DNA of 64,000 nt. It comes from Azolla caroliniana (Eukaryota > Plantae > Polypodiophyta). Shown here piece after piece: positions 11,759 through 24,800 of this stretch. Every line of letters starts with the position of its first letter. Position 1 is the stretch's first letter. The translations under genes and the position numbers were made by a program. Under the pieces are notes generated by a model that made no database searches, had not been told where the DNA came from, and worked only from the letters and a program-made list of their open reading frames with translations. The stretch spans positions 496,001 to 560,000 of the forward strand of contig JBHGNT010000020.1 in NCBI GenBank assembly GCA_043228905.1. The letters are read 5' to 3'.

Positions 11759-12948
11759 GTTTCAGTTTTACTATGCAAGATAAATTTAGATGAGACTAAA
11801 GTTGATTGAACCACAAATGACTATGATATGGTGTATTATGATAATAATATCACAACAAAAAATCAAGACACAAATAGATAAAGCTTGCAACCTTACACCT
11901 AGAAAATTACAAAATAAATCATTTATTTCTGCTTTATATCATATTTGAATATATCCAAGCGTGTAATACATTTGAGTACATTTGCCATCATAAAGTTTTG
12001 GATACATTTTGGAAATATTTGGTAAGGTAGTGATTTTTTTATCTACATTTGCCCTATTTTATTTGTGTCTCATATTATTATGATTAGGTTATTCTTAATA
12101 GTAAGTTGTAAAACACGCACCATGTGACAGAGATGAAAACGAACTAAATCGGGTCATGCATATCTGGCGAGGACTATTCTCATCGTAACTAAATACTATG
12201 AAACAATCATTTGTAGATTTTTCTAGGATGGGTGAAAAACAAATTGTTCCTACTCCAATTATGGCAACTTATTTAAAGCCATCAACATCTAAGGAATAAT
12301 ATACTTGTCAATACAAACCTAACATGTTCACTATGTTCCAAATTTGAAAATACTTCTGGAAATGAAAAGAATAAAGATAACAAGTGAATGTTTATTGCAC
12401 CATATCTTTAGTTGAAATGACGGAATTGTAATTTAGATATCTAATTTTCTAACCATGAATGGAAATAACAAAAGTAGTGCATCTTGTAAAACTTGTGTTA
12501 TTAAACATAGTGTCTTTGGAAGCATGTTATCCAATAGCTTTTATGATGTGTTATGATAAGAAAACTTTCCATTTTTTCAATATAGTCTTACACTATAGTA
12601 GGGTTTTTACACGGTGACCATAATAGGAAAAATGAGGTACTTGATACATGTGTATGTTGAAATCCAACCTAAAGACTTGTAAAATGGATAAAGAAATACA
12701 TTCGAATGTGCTTTTACTTTTCGTAATAATTGAAGGAGGTACCCTAGATGTTTATTGATGTGTCAAATATATTGAGATATGCTTTATATGGGATAGGTGA
12801 AAAGTAAAGCAAGATTCATCCTCTACATTTCAAACTGTGTATGGAGTATAAATATGAGCAATCATATGTGTTTATTGAATTAGAGTTTCCCAACCAAGGC
12901 TTTCATACAATCTCATTAGTCACTTGAACTTCTGTTAAAGGGGTACTC

Positions 12949-13839
12949 ATGGAAACTAGAATGTTCACTACTCAAACCATTTCCATGAGATCCACAATTT
13001 TATTACTAGCCATTACATGGTTTGCCCTTTCCATAAAAAACACAAAGGCCTCACAATATACTGTGGGGGAGTCCATTGGATGGGGAGTTGGAAATAACTT
13101 AGAGAAGTGGGCAAATCAATACACATTCTACGTGGGTGATGAGCTTTGTAAGTCTTTCCTCTCTATAGTTTCTATAGTTTAAGGAAAAAGATCAATGCTC
13201 TTACATTGTTACATTTCTTATGTAAATAATGACACGTTCATATGTACACACTTTTCGTTTATGGAAATGTTATGCTGATAAATATGTGTTGTAGATTTTC
13301 CCTATTCATCGGGACAACATAGTGTGCTATTGGTGCCAGAAGAAGATTACAAGAGTTGCAATATTGGTAACCCGATAGCATCAGACCACGGTGCTGGAAA
13401 CATGGTCATAACACTCGTAAGCTCAGAAACATATTACTTCATTTGTGGTGTTCCAGGACATTGCGAACAAGGCCTTCGTCTTGCGGTTCCCGTAAAACCA
13501 TGGAATGAACCAAGCAATAACCCAACAATACTACCACCACCACCTCCACATGAAGTAACAACACCTATCTATAGTGCACCACCTACTCTAACACCACCAA
13601 CACCTATTTATAGTGCACCACCTACTCTAACACCACCAACACCTATATCATCAACACAAACACCACCTTCTTATAGCCCACCACCTCAATTGTCATCCTC
13701 AACTAAAAGCCCATCATATTATAGTAATAACCCGACTTTCCATCCTAACTCAGCCATGGCATCACAATCAATGAGCATCACTGCACATCTTACAATCATT
13801 GCATTTACCTTTGCATGCGCTCTATTCATCATCTCCTAA
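12949..13839 (+). CDS. Phytocyanin (uclacyanin/stellacyanin-like blue copper protein) with signal peptide, Pro/Thr/Ser-rich domain and probable GPI signal; exons 12949-13147 and 13295-13839
   Basis: YTVGESIGW..WANQYTFYVGDEL|YFPYSSGQHSV..YKSC..YFICGVPGHCEQGLRLAV. The GT-AG intron 13148-13294 keeps frame. Repeated TPIYSAPPTLTPP; hydrophobic C-terminus; TATAAATA at ~12847. Confidence 0.93.
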
Positions 13840-14349
13840 TTTCCACTGATGCTCTATTTATTTATTGTGCATTGTGCTATTACTACTTTCTAGGCATTTT
13901 TAAATGGGGAAATGCTTTGTATGGGAAATTGTTTTATTTGGATTCTTGTAGATAACACTTCTCCAATCGCATACATATATACTACATTGCTCATCATTGT
14001 TTAGAGCAACATTTTGTAATAAGATGAAATTATGAAGCTGGAATAAAGACTTAGATTGTTGAAACACTGTTTTTCTAGATTTGAACTTCATGCTTATAGT
14101 TCAATAATGGAATGCTAAAAACTACGCCCTCCATTTCAAAAGTTACAAAAAACTATCGTTTTATACATATCTTCAATGATTGTAGCTTAATAGTTCAATG
14201 AAAATATGGTTGAAGACTAAATCCCCTTTGAAAGATATGGCTTTATATAATTTCCAAATCCTCAATGCTTTCTGTGTACACAAATATTAACTTTGTATAA
14301 AATTATGATGGTAGATAGAATCATACATACATCATACACCAATACAAAA

Positions 14350-17300
14350 GGCATGGCTGGCACCTAACTCTACAACCTTACGATTAAATAACAAATACTA
14401 GAAGTCTTGTTAATAGTTTGTGCATTAAATTGACATCCATAAAAGAATTCACTTGGTGTCATTATACATATTTCAAGTTATTCAATGCTTTCCTTATACA
14501 TACTCTCTTAATGAGTGAAAAGCTATGATAACTAAGATGTCTATGCCAACCACCAATTGAAACAAGATGACATGTTGATACTCGTTTTTTAGCTGGTTTG
14601 GTAGGTTTAGAGGGCAAATGGTACCTTATGATCCTAGTCCATTCGGATCATTTTGTTGACTTCTCTTTTTAGGATCATTTGTAAGATCTTCTTGTTGGAT
14701 TTTTTTCACAACATTCTTTTTGGGCTAGTATGTTGTACAGAGTGAGTTTAAAACCACATGGCTTATTGTTAAGGTTTCTATGACTTTATTGAAGAAAAAA
14801 CCTCTTGGTTATGAGTTTAATGGGGCATCTATACAACCACTATAAGTTCTCTTAGAGAAACATGCCACGGAAGTGGTTATGTTATTGTTGAGTGCCTTTG
14901 CTTCCACTTAGTTGGTGTAGTTGCTGATGGCAATGAGAATTTCGTGGATCACATATATTTACCAAAGAGTGTAGATGATAATGGACATCCTTGCTTAACT
15001 CCCATATGCTACTTAAAAAGTATTTTGAGAATCTTGTCTCAGGTTTTAGTTGGCATCTAACTTCCACATATGATCATGTAGTAACAACTCAATACTCCAT
15101 GGCATGCGAGTTTCCACCATTCTATTCCAAACAACTTTCATGTTTGACCTACGAAGACGATAATAGAATCGATTTATTTATATGTGGATGAAGTGATTAA
15201 CTTTTCATATGGTTTTGATGGTATGCTACGTTTACTTGGAACATTAGAAGTATTTTGCCAATGTAGTGGACGGTGTAAATGTGGATAATACAAAAATGAT
15301 GGCATTACAACTTGTGCAAACTTTTAAGTATCTTGGTATCCATGTACCCACCGCAAACTAATAATGTCTGCTTTGAGTTTAGGCTTCAAGTGATAGATTT
15401 TACACTCAGCCGTAAACCACAAATATACTGAGACACAAACAAAACGAAAACAAGGAGCACACAATTTACGTGGAGAACCCTGATTTCAGGGAAAAACCAC
15501 GGCGAACAAAAATTCCCACTACGAGACAAGAAGAAATACAAGCATAGAATGATAGAACTTGATTTGGTATGGATGTACTCTCAGGTTGTTATCTGAAACC
15601 ACAGTTTCAGCCGAGTGCACCAAACCCTAACTCGTAGGTATCTATCACTTTTGAAGCTTCCAAAGCTTCTCTATTCTGTCTATGTTTCTTCTCTGTTACA
15701 GTCTCGTTTCTTTGCTTCCTCTCACACTCAGCTTCTGAGCTATGTCACTCGCACAACCACTACTGTGTTAGCTCTCAGTCGCTTTTCACTTGCAACAACA
15801 ACCTCTCTCTCTCGCACTCACTTACTTAAGTTCACTTTCGCGCTTCCCATTTCATTTCGGCTTCTCAGCCGATTTCCCCACAAGGAGGGACAATCTTACA
15901 TAACAAACTCCCCCTTCACTCATGTAGGGGGAGAGTCAACCAGACCTGTCTTTTTCCGGAACACAACAAGTTTTTCCATAGACAAGATTTTAGTAAGCAT
16001 GTCTTATCCATTTTCATCAGTATGGATCTTCGCTACGACAAACTCATTTTCTTCCACTCTCTCTCGCAAACAATGATACCTTCTTTGAGTGTGTTTTGTA
16101 AGAGAGTGATAGGCAACATTCTTAGCGAGATGAATAGCACTCTGATTATCACAATGAAGTAAGAACTTTTCTTGCTTCATTCCTACTTCACTTAAAAAAT
16201 CTCTCGTCCAAATCAATTCTTTTCCGGCTTCCATTGTAGCCATATACTCAACCTATGTGGTTGACAAAGCCACAACCTTTTGTAATCTTGATTGCCATGA
16301 CACAACTCCCCCTAAATAAGTCATCACATACCTTGATGTAGATCGGCTAGAATCTACATCACCCGACATATAAGAATCTATGAAACATTCGAGCATAGGT
16401 TTTCCGGAGCCATATCTAAGGCATACACTTGAAGTACCTTTCAGGTATCTGAGTATCCATTTTACAACAGCCCAATGCTCCTTTCCAGGATTACTCATGT
16501 AGTGACTAACTGTCCCAACAATAAATGCAATGTTCGGCCTTGTGCAGACCATAACATACATTAGGCTCCCAACAGTCGAGGCATACGACATCCTCCTCAT
16601 CTCTACCTTATCTTTCTCAGTTTTTGGACATTGTCCTGAGTTTAGCTTACAATTCACTGGCAATGGAGATCCAACATATTTTGCATTATACATATTAAAC
16701 CTTTGCAAAACCTTTGTCACATATTTCTCTTGTGACAGCCATAACATGTTTTTAGTCATGTCCCGGACTATATGCATTCCCAAAATCTGTTTTGTCGGCC
16801 CTAAATCTTTCATGGAAAAAGATTTGCTCAAAGCTTTCTTCAAGCTTGCAATCTTTTTAGCTTTCTGTCCAACAACTAGCATATCATCCACATACAACAA
16901 AAGGATAAGGAAATCACCTTCATCATACCTCTTCACAAATACACAATGACCGGCTTGTGTTTTGTGAAATCCGTGTTCCAACATGAAGGACTCAAATTTC
17001 TTATACCAATATCGGGGAGCTTGTTTCAATCCATACAAGCTCTTCCTCAACCTACATACAAGATTTTCTTTTCCTTTCACCTCAAAGCCCTCTGGATGTT
17101 GCATATAGATTTCCTCTTCCAACTCACCATGCAAGAATGTTGTTTTAACATCCAACTATTCAATTTCCAGATTCATACTGGCAACCATACTCAAGATAGT
17201 CCAGATGGAGGTCATCTTCACTACTAGAACAAAAATCTCATCAAAATCAACACCCCTTTTCTGTTGGAAACCTTTCACTACAATACAAGCCTTATACCTA

Positions 17301-20300
17301 GGTGTGCTTCCGTCTTCTCCAGTCTTTAGTTTGTAGACCCATTTGTTTCTAAGTGCCTTCTTTCCATCAAGCAGCTCCATCAGCTCATAGGTGTGATTCT
17401 CATGCAAGGAATCCATTTCCTCTTGCATGGCATTATACCACTTCTCCTTATGTATATCAGTCATAGCCTCTTCATAGCATTCTGGTTCCCCTTCATCAGT
17501 CAAGAGAATATATTGACTGGCTGGATACCGAGAGGAGGTCTTCCTTTGTCTTCATGGATATTTTCTTCCTTCAACAACCGACTCAAATTTGGTTTCTTCT
17601 GCCAGCTCATCTTCCGACTCAGATTCATGTGCATTAGTTTGTTGTTGTGTGATGACCGACTCAGATTCAACTTTATCAGCCAATTGTTGTCTGCCAACTG
17701 GTTGTGTGGAAGTGGGATCGACTAATGCCGACTCCATAATAGTAGTCGGTTGGGAAGATGACTCTGGTCTTTGTTGTCTCCAATCTTCAATTGTCTTGTC
17801 TTCCATGAATATAACATCATGACTTCTTATCGTTTTCTTATCAAGGAGATCTCACATCCTGTACCTGAACTCATCTTCCAAGTACCCCAAGAATATGCAA
17901 GGCTTGGACTTACTGTCCAGCTTTGAACTCTGGTCTTTAGCAACATGCACATAAGCCAAGCATCCGAACACCCCTAAATGCTGAGACAACATGCTTCTTA
18001 CCCTTTCCATTATGGTCCTATTCATTCTCTCTGCTAGACCATTCAGCTCAAGTGTCTCCGGCACCGTATACTCAAGTTTGATGCCTTGATTCTTACAATA
18101 CATCTCAAATTGGCCTCTATACTCACTACCATTATTTGTTCGGACAACTTTCAACTTCTGTCCAGATTCTCTTTCTGCCCTTGCATGGAACTTGTTAAAG
18201 ACCGACAACACTTGGTCCTTAGACACCAACACAAATGCCCACACCTTTCTACTGAAATCATCAATAAATGTGACAAAGTATTGTCCACCACAGTGTGATG
18301 GGGCATCCACATAACACACATCTATGTGAACCAGTTATAGGGCATGCTCTCTTCTCATCGGAGGCCTAGAGTAAAAGGTTGTTCTATTTTGCTTTCTAGC
18401 CAAGCAGTCCACACACTTTTCAAGGTGTATTCCTTTCACTTCTAATAGAAAATCCTTTTCAGCAAGGATGTGCATTCCCCTTTCGCTCATGTGCTCAAGC
18501 CTTTTATGCCACAACTCACCATCTGAGTCACCCACTACATTTGCTTCATCTTGGCACAATTTTGCATGCATTACATACAATGTGTTCTGTTTTTTAGCTC
18601 AAGCCACAATTAGGCCCCCTTTACAGAACTTCCATGCACCATTACAGAAACCACCGTTGTAGCCCTCATCATCCAACCGTCTAGCCAATATCAGATTCAA
18701 TCTGACATCCGGAACATGGCATCCTTCAACATTAACCTGTAGCTAGTAGATGTTAGCAAGCACACATTTCCTATGCCCACAATCTTGCATTCACCGTAGT
18801 TTCCCATCCTTACGTAGCCATAGTCACCGACTATGTAAGATGAGAAACATTCTCTTTTGGGAGTTAGGTGGAACGATGCACCAAAATCCAGTACCTAGGA
18901 GCACTCAACATTTGCAAGATTCACATTGGCATGCTCACAAATAAATAACATCTCTTCTTCACTGGTTGCAATTTTTGTCATTAGAAATTTTTCTAGGTTC
19001 GACCTCATCAGGCATGCCTCTATCCTTCCTAAGGTGTCGACAATTCTTTTGGAAGTGACCAGGCTTCCCACAATAGAAGCGTGTAGGTCTTCCTCTAGAT
19101 TTCAACCTTGCATAAAACTTGTCTCCATTTTCAGGACTTATGTGTTTGTTTCTTCCTCTACTAAGTTCTTGGGTCACATTAGCTTCTGATTGAGACAATG
19201 CACTTTTATCCTTTCTTCTTGTCTCTTCGTTTAGAATACTTGTCTTTACTACTTGTAAAGATAGGTTGTCTTCTTTACATGAGGTACTGAGTGTCACTAT
19301 TAGGTTTTCCCAACTGTCCGGTAGCATAGTAGTAGTGTGGCTTGCATAACATCATCTAATGGGAACTTCGCTGATGCTAACAGGTTTACCAGACCCATGA
19401 AAGTACTGATGTGCTCTACGATACTCTCCCCATCTACGTACTTTGGTCTCGCTATTTTTCTCATTAGGGAAGTTTTATATAAGGCATTTTTCCTTTCGTA
19501 GAGGGCTGAGAGTTTGTGCCATAACTCATAGGCATTTGTATCACTTGCTACATGTTGTAGAACGCAATGTCTACACACTGTCTTATGGTTGCAACTGCCT
19601 TTCTATTTAGAGTTTTCCACTCAGATTCTATTACCCTTCTAGGTATGTCTTCCTCTTCTATAGGCTCATACAGATCTTTGACTATCAGAAGATCTTCCAT
19701 TTTGATCTTCCAGTCTGAGTAGTTTTGACAATCATCCCCGGAAAACCACTCACATTCCCTTCCATCTAGAACCTAGGCTCCGATACCAGTTTGATAGATT
19801 TTACACTCATACGTAAACCATAGATATACTGAGACACAAACAAAACGAAAACAAGGAGCACACGATTTACGTGGAAAACCTTGATTTCAGGGAAAAACCC
19901 CGACGAAGAGAAATTTCCACTACAAGACAAGAAGAAATACAAGCATAGAATGATAGAACCTGATTTGGTATGGATGTACTCTCAGGTTGTTATCCGAAAC
20001 CACAGTTTCAGCCGAGTGCACCAAACCCTAACTCGTAGGTATCTATCACTTTTGAAGCTTCCAAAGCTTCTCTATTCTGTCTATGTTTCTTCTCTGTTAC
20101 AGTCTCGTTTCTTTGCTTCCTCTCACACTCAGCTTCTGAGCTATGTCACTCGCACAACCACTATTGTGTTAGCTCTCAGTCGCTTTTCACTTGCAACAAC
20201 AACCCCTCTCTCACGCGCTCACTTACTTAAGTTCACTTTCGCGCTTCTCTCACTGTTTCTACTCTTAGTGAGTTATCCAACATACATACACAGCTAGTAG

Positions 20301-20372
20301 GACTCTCACGCTATATACTAACTCATCTCATATACATGCATATGTACATACATACATACATACATACATACA

Positions 20373-20408
<36 letters not shown>

Positions 20409-20710
20409 TATGTTCGTTCGAACTCGACTTCTATTTTATTGAACCCCATTTTGGCTTTTTGACCGATTTTGACCAGCCGGCTCCCATTTTGGCTTTTTGA
20501 CCAATTTCGATCAACCGACTCTCGTTTCGGCTTTTCGGCCGACTCCCCCACAAGGAGGGACAATCTTACATAACATCAAGTTGGTTGGCAAAATCATTAT
20601 ATGTTGGAAAATTAATACCTCCAAAGTGATACTGGGAAGTAAAATTAAGGTTATTCAATGCTAGGGTAACACAAATTTTGCTTTATGGAGTAGAAATGTG
20701 GGGAGATACT
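14350..20710 (+). mobile_element. Highly degenerate LINE (non-LTR) RT remnant, split by copia C
   Basis: Translatable fragments VNVDNTKMM and FKYLGI (~15270-15340) and RLFNA..ILLYGVEMWG (~20650-20705) flank the 15391-20575 insertion. Left boundary approximate. Confidence 0.55.
15391..20575 (-). mobile_element. Ty1/copia LTR retrotransposon, near full-length but disrupted (copia C)
   Basis: TSD TCAAG. LTRs 15391-15905 and 19792-20575; PBS TGGTATCGGAGC at ~19777-19788; PPT next to 15906. Gag, CCHC, integrase, RT (LLLYVDDML) and RNaseH broken by stops and frameshifts. Confidence 0.95.
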
Positions 20711-21818
20711 ACCTCTCTTGTTATGCATGAATTACCTTATATGATCAAGATGTAATTAATAAGTCAATGATATCCATCCTCGCTAGGTTTTCATTGCATA
20801 CTTCACATATCTTCATATTTGGGTGATGATGCCATGATGCTAAGTTGTATCAATAATTGGCTCTATCAAAACATATCCAATCATGGGCTCTATTTAGCGT
20901 CAATAATTAGATCCACCACTCGCGTATTATTCTGTTTTTGATTAATGGGGGGTCATTCTGTTTTTGTTAGAAGCTACCATTAATATTATGTTTATAGGCT
21001 CAAGATTACTGAATTAATCAATGTGGCATGATATATATATATATTACAATTGCCTCGATACCATCTTTGCAATTAGAGTATTCTCATCATTAGATTTTGT
21101 GTGAATTTTTTTCAAGTGACAACGAAACCACAAGAGAGAAAATCATCTCTAACGTGTCCACAATTATTATTTGTGACTACCACAATTGGCCAAAACATTA
21201 TGGCAGTAGACACTTCTTAGAAGCACAATTGCTATGCATTTCAATGTCCTTAAAATCTTTGGATTCATCAATGCTTCCTACATAAAATCATGACTGAGAA
21301 CTGGAACCTTAACCTCTAAGATCCTAATCCCTTTTTAATAATTATGTTGTTGATCTTACCATCTGCTTTACGGATTGATTCTTTCAACATGTATTGATTG
21401 GATTTATTTTGCTGAGTAGTATATTGGCTAATTTTTGTTCATGAAGATGAGTCCTTAATCTACTTAGGTAGGTTTTTATGAAAGTCTTTGCAGAGTAGCT
21501 TTCATTAAGAGATTATTAGCAAAATTGGATTCTTCAGTGTAGAGAGGAGATTGTTGGCATCATTTTCATTCAGCAAATTGGGTTTTTATTTTCCTATTCA
21601 GCATTGCGGAGGTATGGTAACAAATGGGTTCTTTATGCGTATCACATGCATGATCTTGGAAACCTCGGCGTCGTCCACTTTTGCTCCTACATCCAGACCA
21701 TGAAAATCCAGAAACAAATACTCTCCTATGATGTGCATGGTTCAATTTGGTAGATCAGCATTCCATTTTCTTGAAGTATTAGTCCAAATCCCCGCCATTT
21801 CGATCCAAACATTACACT

Positions 21819-24800
21819 TCACCTCCTCTGAAAGTTCAATGTCTTAAGACAGAATATGAACATTACAGCAAAGAAAGCTGGGAAGATGAGAAGAACCACA
21901 GCTATCACATCAAGGAAGCTTAAATGGAAGCCAAAGGTGGTGTTCAAGAATGCCGATATGCTTTGGCTTGCTGTGCCTCCTGTCGGAGTGTTAACTTGTA
22001 TGAATGTTGTATTGAGGTCAGCATATTGGGATGTGATGAGGCCATTCAATGTCCATGCCGTTGGACATAGCCAATAATACCATCTCCACCATCTAGGAAG
22101 GTTCTGCAGAAGGTGAAAATTTAGGTTTGAGCAGTTTTTTCTGTTTTAATTAATGGTGAAGTTTGAAGCAATAAAGGGAAAATCTTGACTCATTGTTGTT
22201 AGGCCTTTTATGAAACACAAAGGCATATATTCCAGATATGGGGAAAGGTGTGGGGCAGATGGTGCCCGAACCACATCCTAATTAAAAACTCAAAAACTTG
22301 GTATCATTAGAATGTCCTCTTCGATGGACGTTTGCATCCATATATGACACGAAGGGTCCTCGCAAGGTGAATCTAGCTAAAAAGATTCATTCATGTGATG
22401 GGTAGTCCTCACAAGGGAATCTAGCTAAAAATATTTGTTCATGTGATGGGTATTTGTCTCCAATTTGAATCCTTGAGGCATAAAATAAATCCTCACTATA
22501 TCTATCATTATACTTTCCCCATATCCATGAGAAACCCTTGAACAGTATGCCATTCTAAACAAGCACTATATCTACCATTATACTTACCCAATATGCATGA
22601 GAAGCCCTTGAACAGTACACTCTAAATAGGAATGCTCATCAAGTTTTTAGTTAACTACGATGTGATTCCCTTAGATTCTTCCCTCCTTTTCCAGAATTTG
22701 AGTTTCTACTATAATGCAAGGGAATCTAGCTAAAATGATTCCTTTAATGTGATGGGAGTTTGTCCCCCCGTATGGGTCATTCGAGGCATAAAACGAATCT
22801 TCATGGTATCTACTAGATCCTTTCCATTTATCTATGTCAGGCCCTTGAAGAGTACATACTACATTCTAAAATATGTATGTTTCATCAAGAGTTTGAGTTT
22901 AACCACGACGTGATTCCCGTGGGTTTCCTCCTCTTTTTCTAGAATTGGACCTTCTTTAGACAATGCAAGTTCAAATATTTCCTTAATGGGAAACAAATAT
23001 GTTGTGTTGGATATGTGAACTTTACCGGCCTTGGCATCAAGAAACCCGAGAAGAGATTGAAGATGGCATAGAATGCAGATGCAACAACAGCGGCTACTTG
23101 ATTGTTCGGAGTGATCGATACAGCCATCATACCATAGTATGTAAAAGTGAGGAACGTGCAGAACATTGTAAAGAGGAACCATACAAATTTGGAGACTACC
23201 CATTGGAATCCAATCAGTGAGTAGACCAAAATACCATATATTATTGTTTGGAAGAATATGTAGGGAAACTCAATAACCACCTGAAATTGTATGCACACAA
23301 AAGAGGTTCATGAGCATACAACTCTATGAGATATTTCTTAAGTTCTTTTATCAAATACAGGTAATCTGACCTGAGCAATGGCATAGGGCATGGCTGAATA
23401 CATCCCTGCTCCACGCTCTCGGTAGAATACAGTGCGTTCAATCGAGACAACGGGCTGAACTGTAGAGCAATTGTTGATACCCAAAAATAATGTTGCTCCA
23501 TACATGGCTCCCATAACTGTGAGCAAGTCTTGTTGTGTGCTTCTGGTGTCACAACATTCACAACATAAGCAAAACTAGGATAGGCAATAAATAATCCACA
23601 TGGCAATGGTGAAAGTAAATGATTGTTAACAAGACCACTCACATATTGCTTGCTCGTTGCCAAAAGATCGTGCCAAACATGAGCGCCGAGATGAAGGTGA
23701 AGGAAAGACGGACCAGGTTATACCCCGGACTGCGCCAGTATGTCAAGTTTTGCTTCCAGAGAAGGTATGTGAATTGTCCCCATAAGGTTTGACAAAATTG
23801 GGTTGGAAACTCGAGGTCTTTCGTTCCGAGTGCTGGTATACTGAGTTCCTTAACGAGCTCTTTGTTGCATCTTTTACAAACATTTTCACATGTCATGCTC
23901 ATGCACAAATGCACACTTCACTCAGAATTGAAAATGTATATTTCAAGGAGTTTAGGTAATGTGTTTACTGAGCAAGCGAGGATCTTGAATAAAGATCTGC
24001 AAAGTCTATCCCGAGTCGTTGCTCTTGTGCTACACTAGTGACCTCTAGCATCCATGTGGCGGGGTTATACGTAGCAGTTATCCGAGTAATCCCTTGGATA
24101 CTCTGTACATGAGGATTTGCCTTAACTCTATTAATAATGCAGTGTCTAGAGAAAAATACATACACCGCTCTCAAAATGTTTTATGTACCTCGAAATATTC
24201 AATCATCTTCTGTGAGTTCTGGCCTAACGGTCCAGCATAAATTACACGGCCACCTCGCTTCATCAACAAGAGCTGGACAAATAAAAGAAATAAATAATGG
24301 AATCCTCTGGAAAATTATATATATAGCTTTATTAGCATTCATACCCTTACCTCATCGAATGATTCGAATATGTTAATGCTTGGCTGATGGATGGTGCAAA
24401 CAACTGTTCTTCCTGTGTCAACAGTGTTCCTTATAGCACGCATAACAATAGCGGCAGCTCTAGCATCTAGACCAGATGTAGGTTCATCCAGAAAGATAAT
24501 GGAAGGGTTTGCCACTAGCTCAACAGCTATAGTAAGTCTTTTCCGCTGTTCGGTCGAAAGACCAGATACATTGGGCAGTCCAACCAAGGCATCTCTTAGA
24601 TTGTCAAGCTCAACAAGTGTCATTACCTCTTCCACGAATAGCTGAAATATATATACATATAGAAAAAGGCATTGTATGAATAACTGTACTCAGGCTGAAC
24701 TTAAGTTTGAATGTTGGACAAAAACTACTCTAACTTTCTCACAACTGGTACCAGGTAGGTGAAGCGGAGCCATTTGGTTTGCTCTCAAGATGAGACAACA

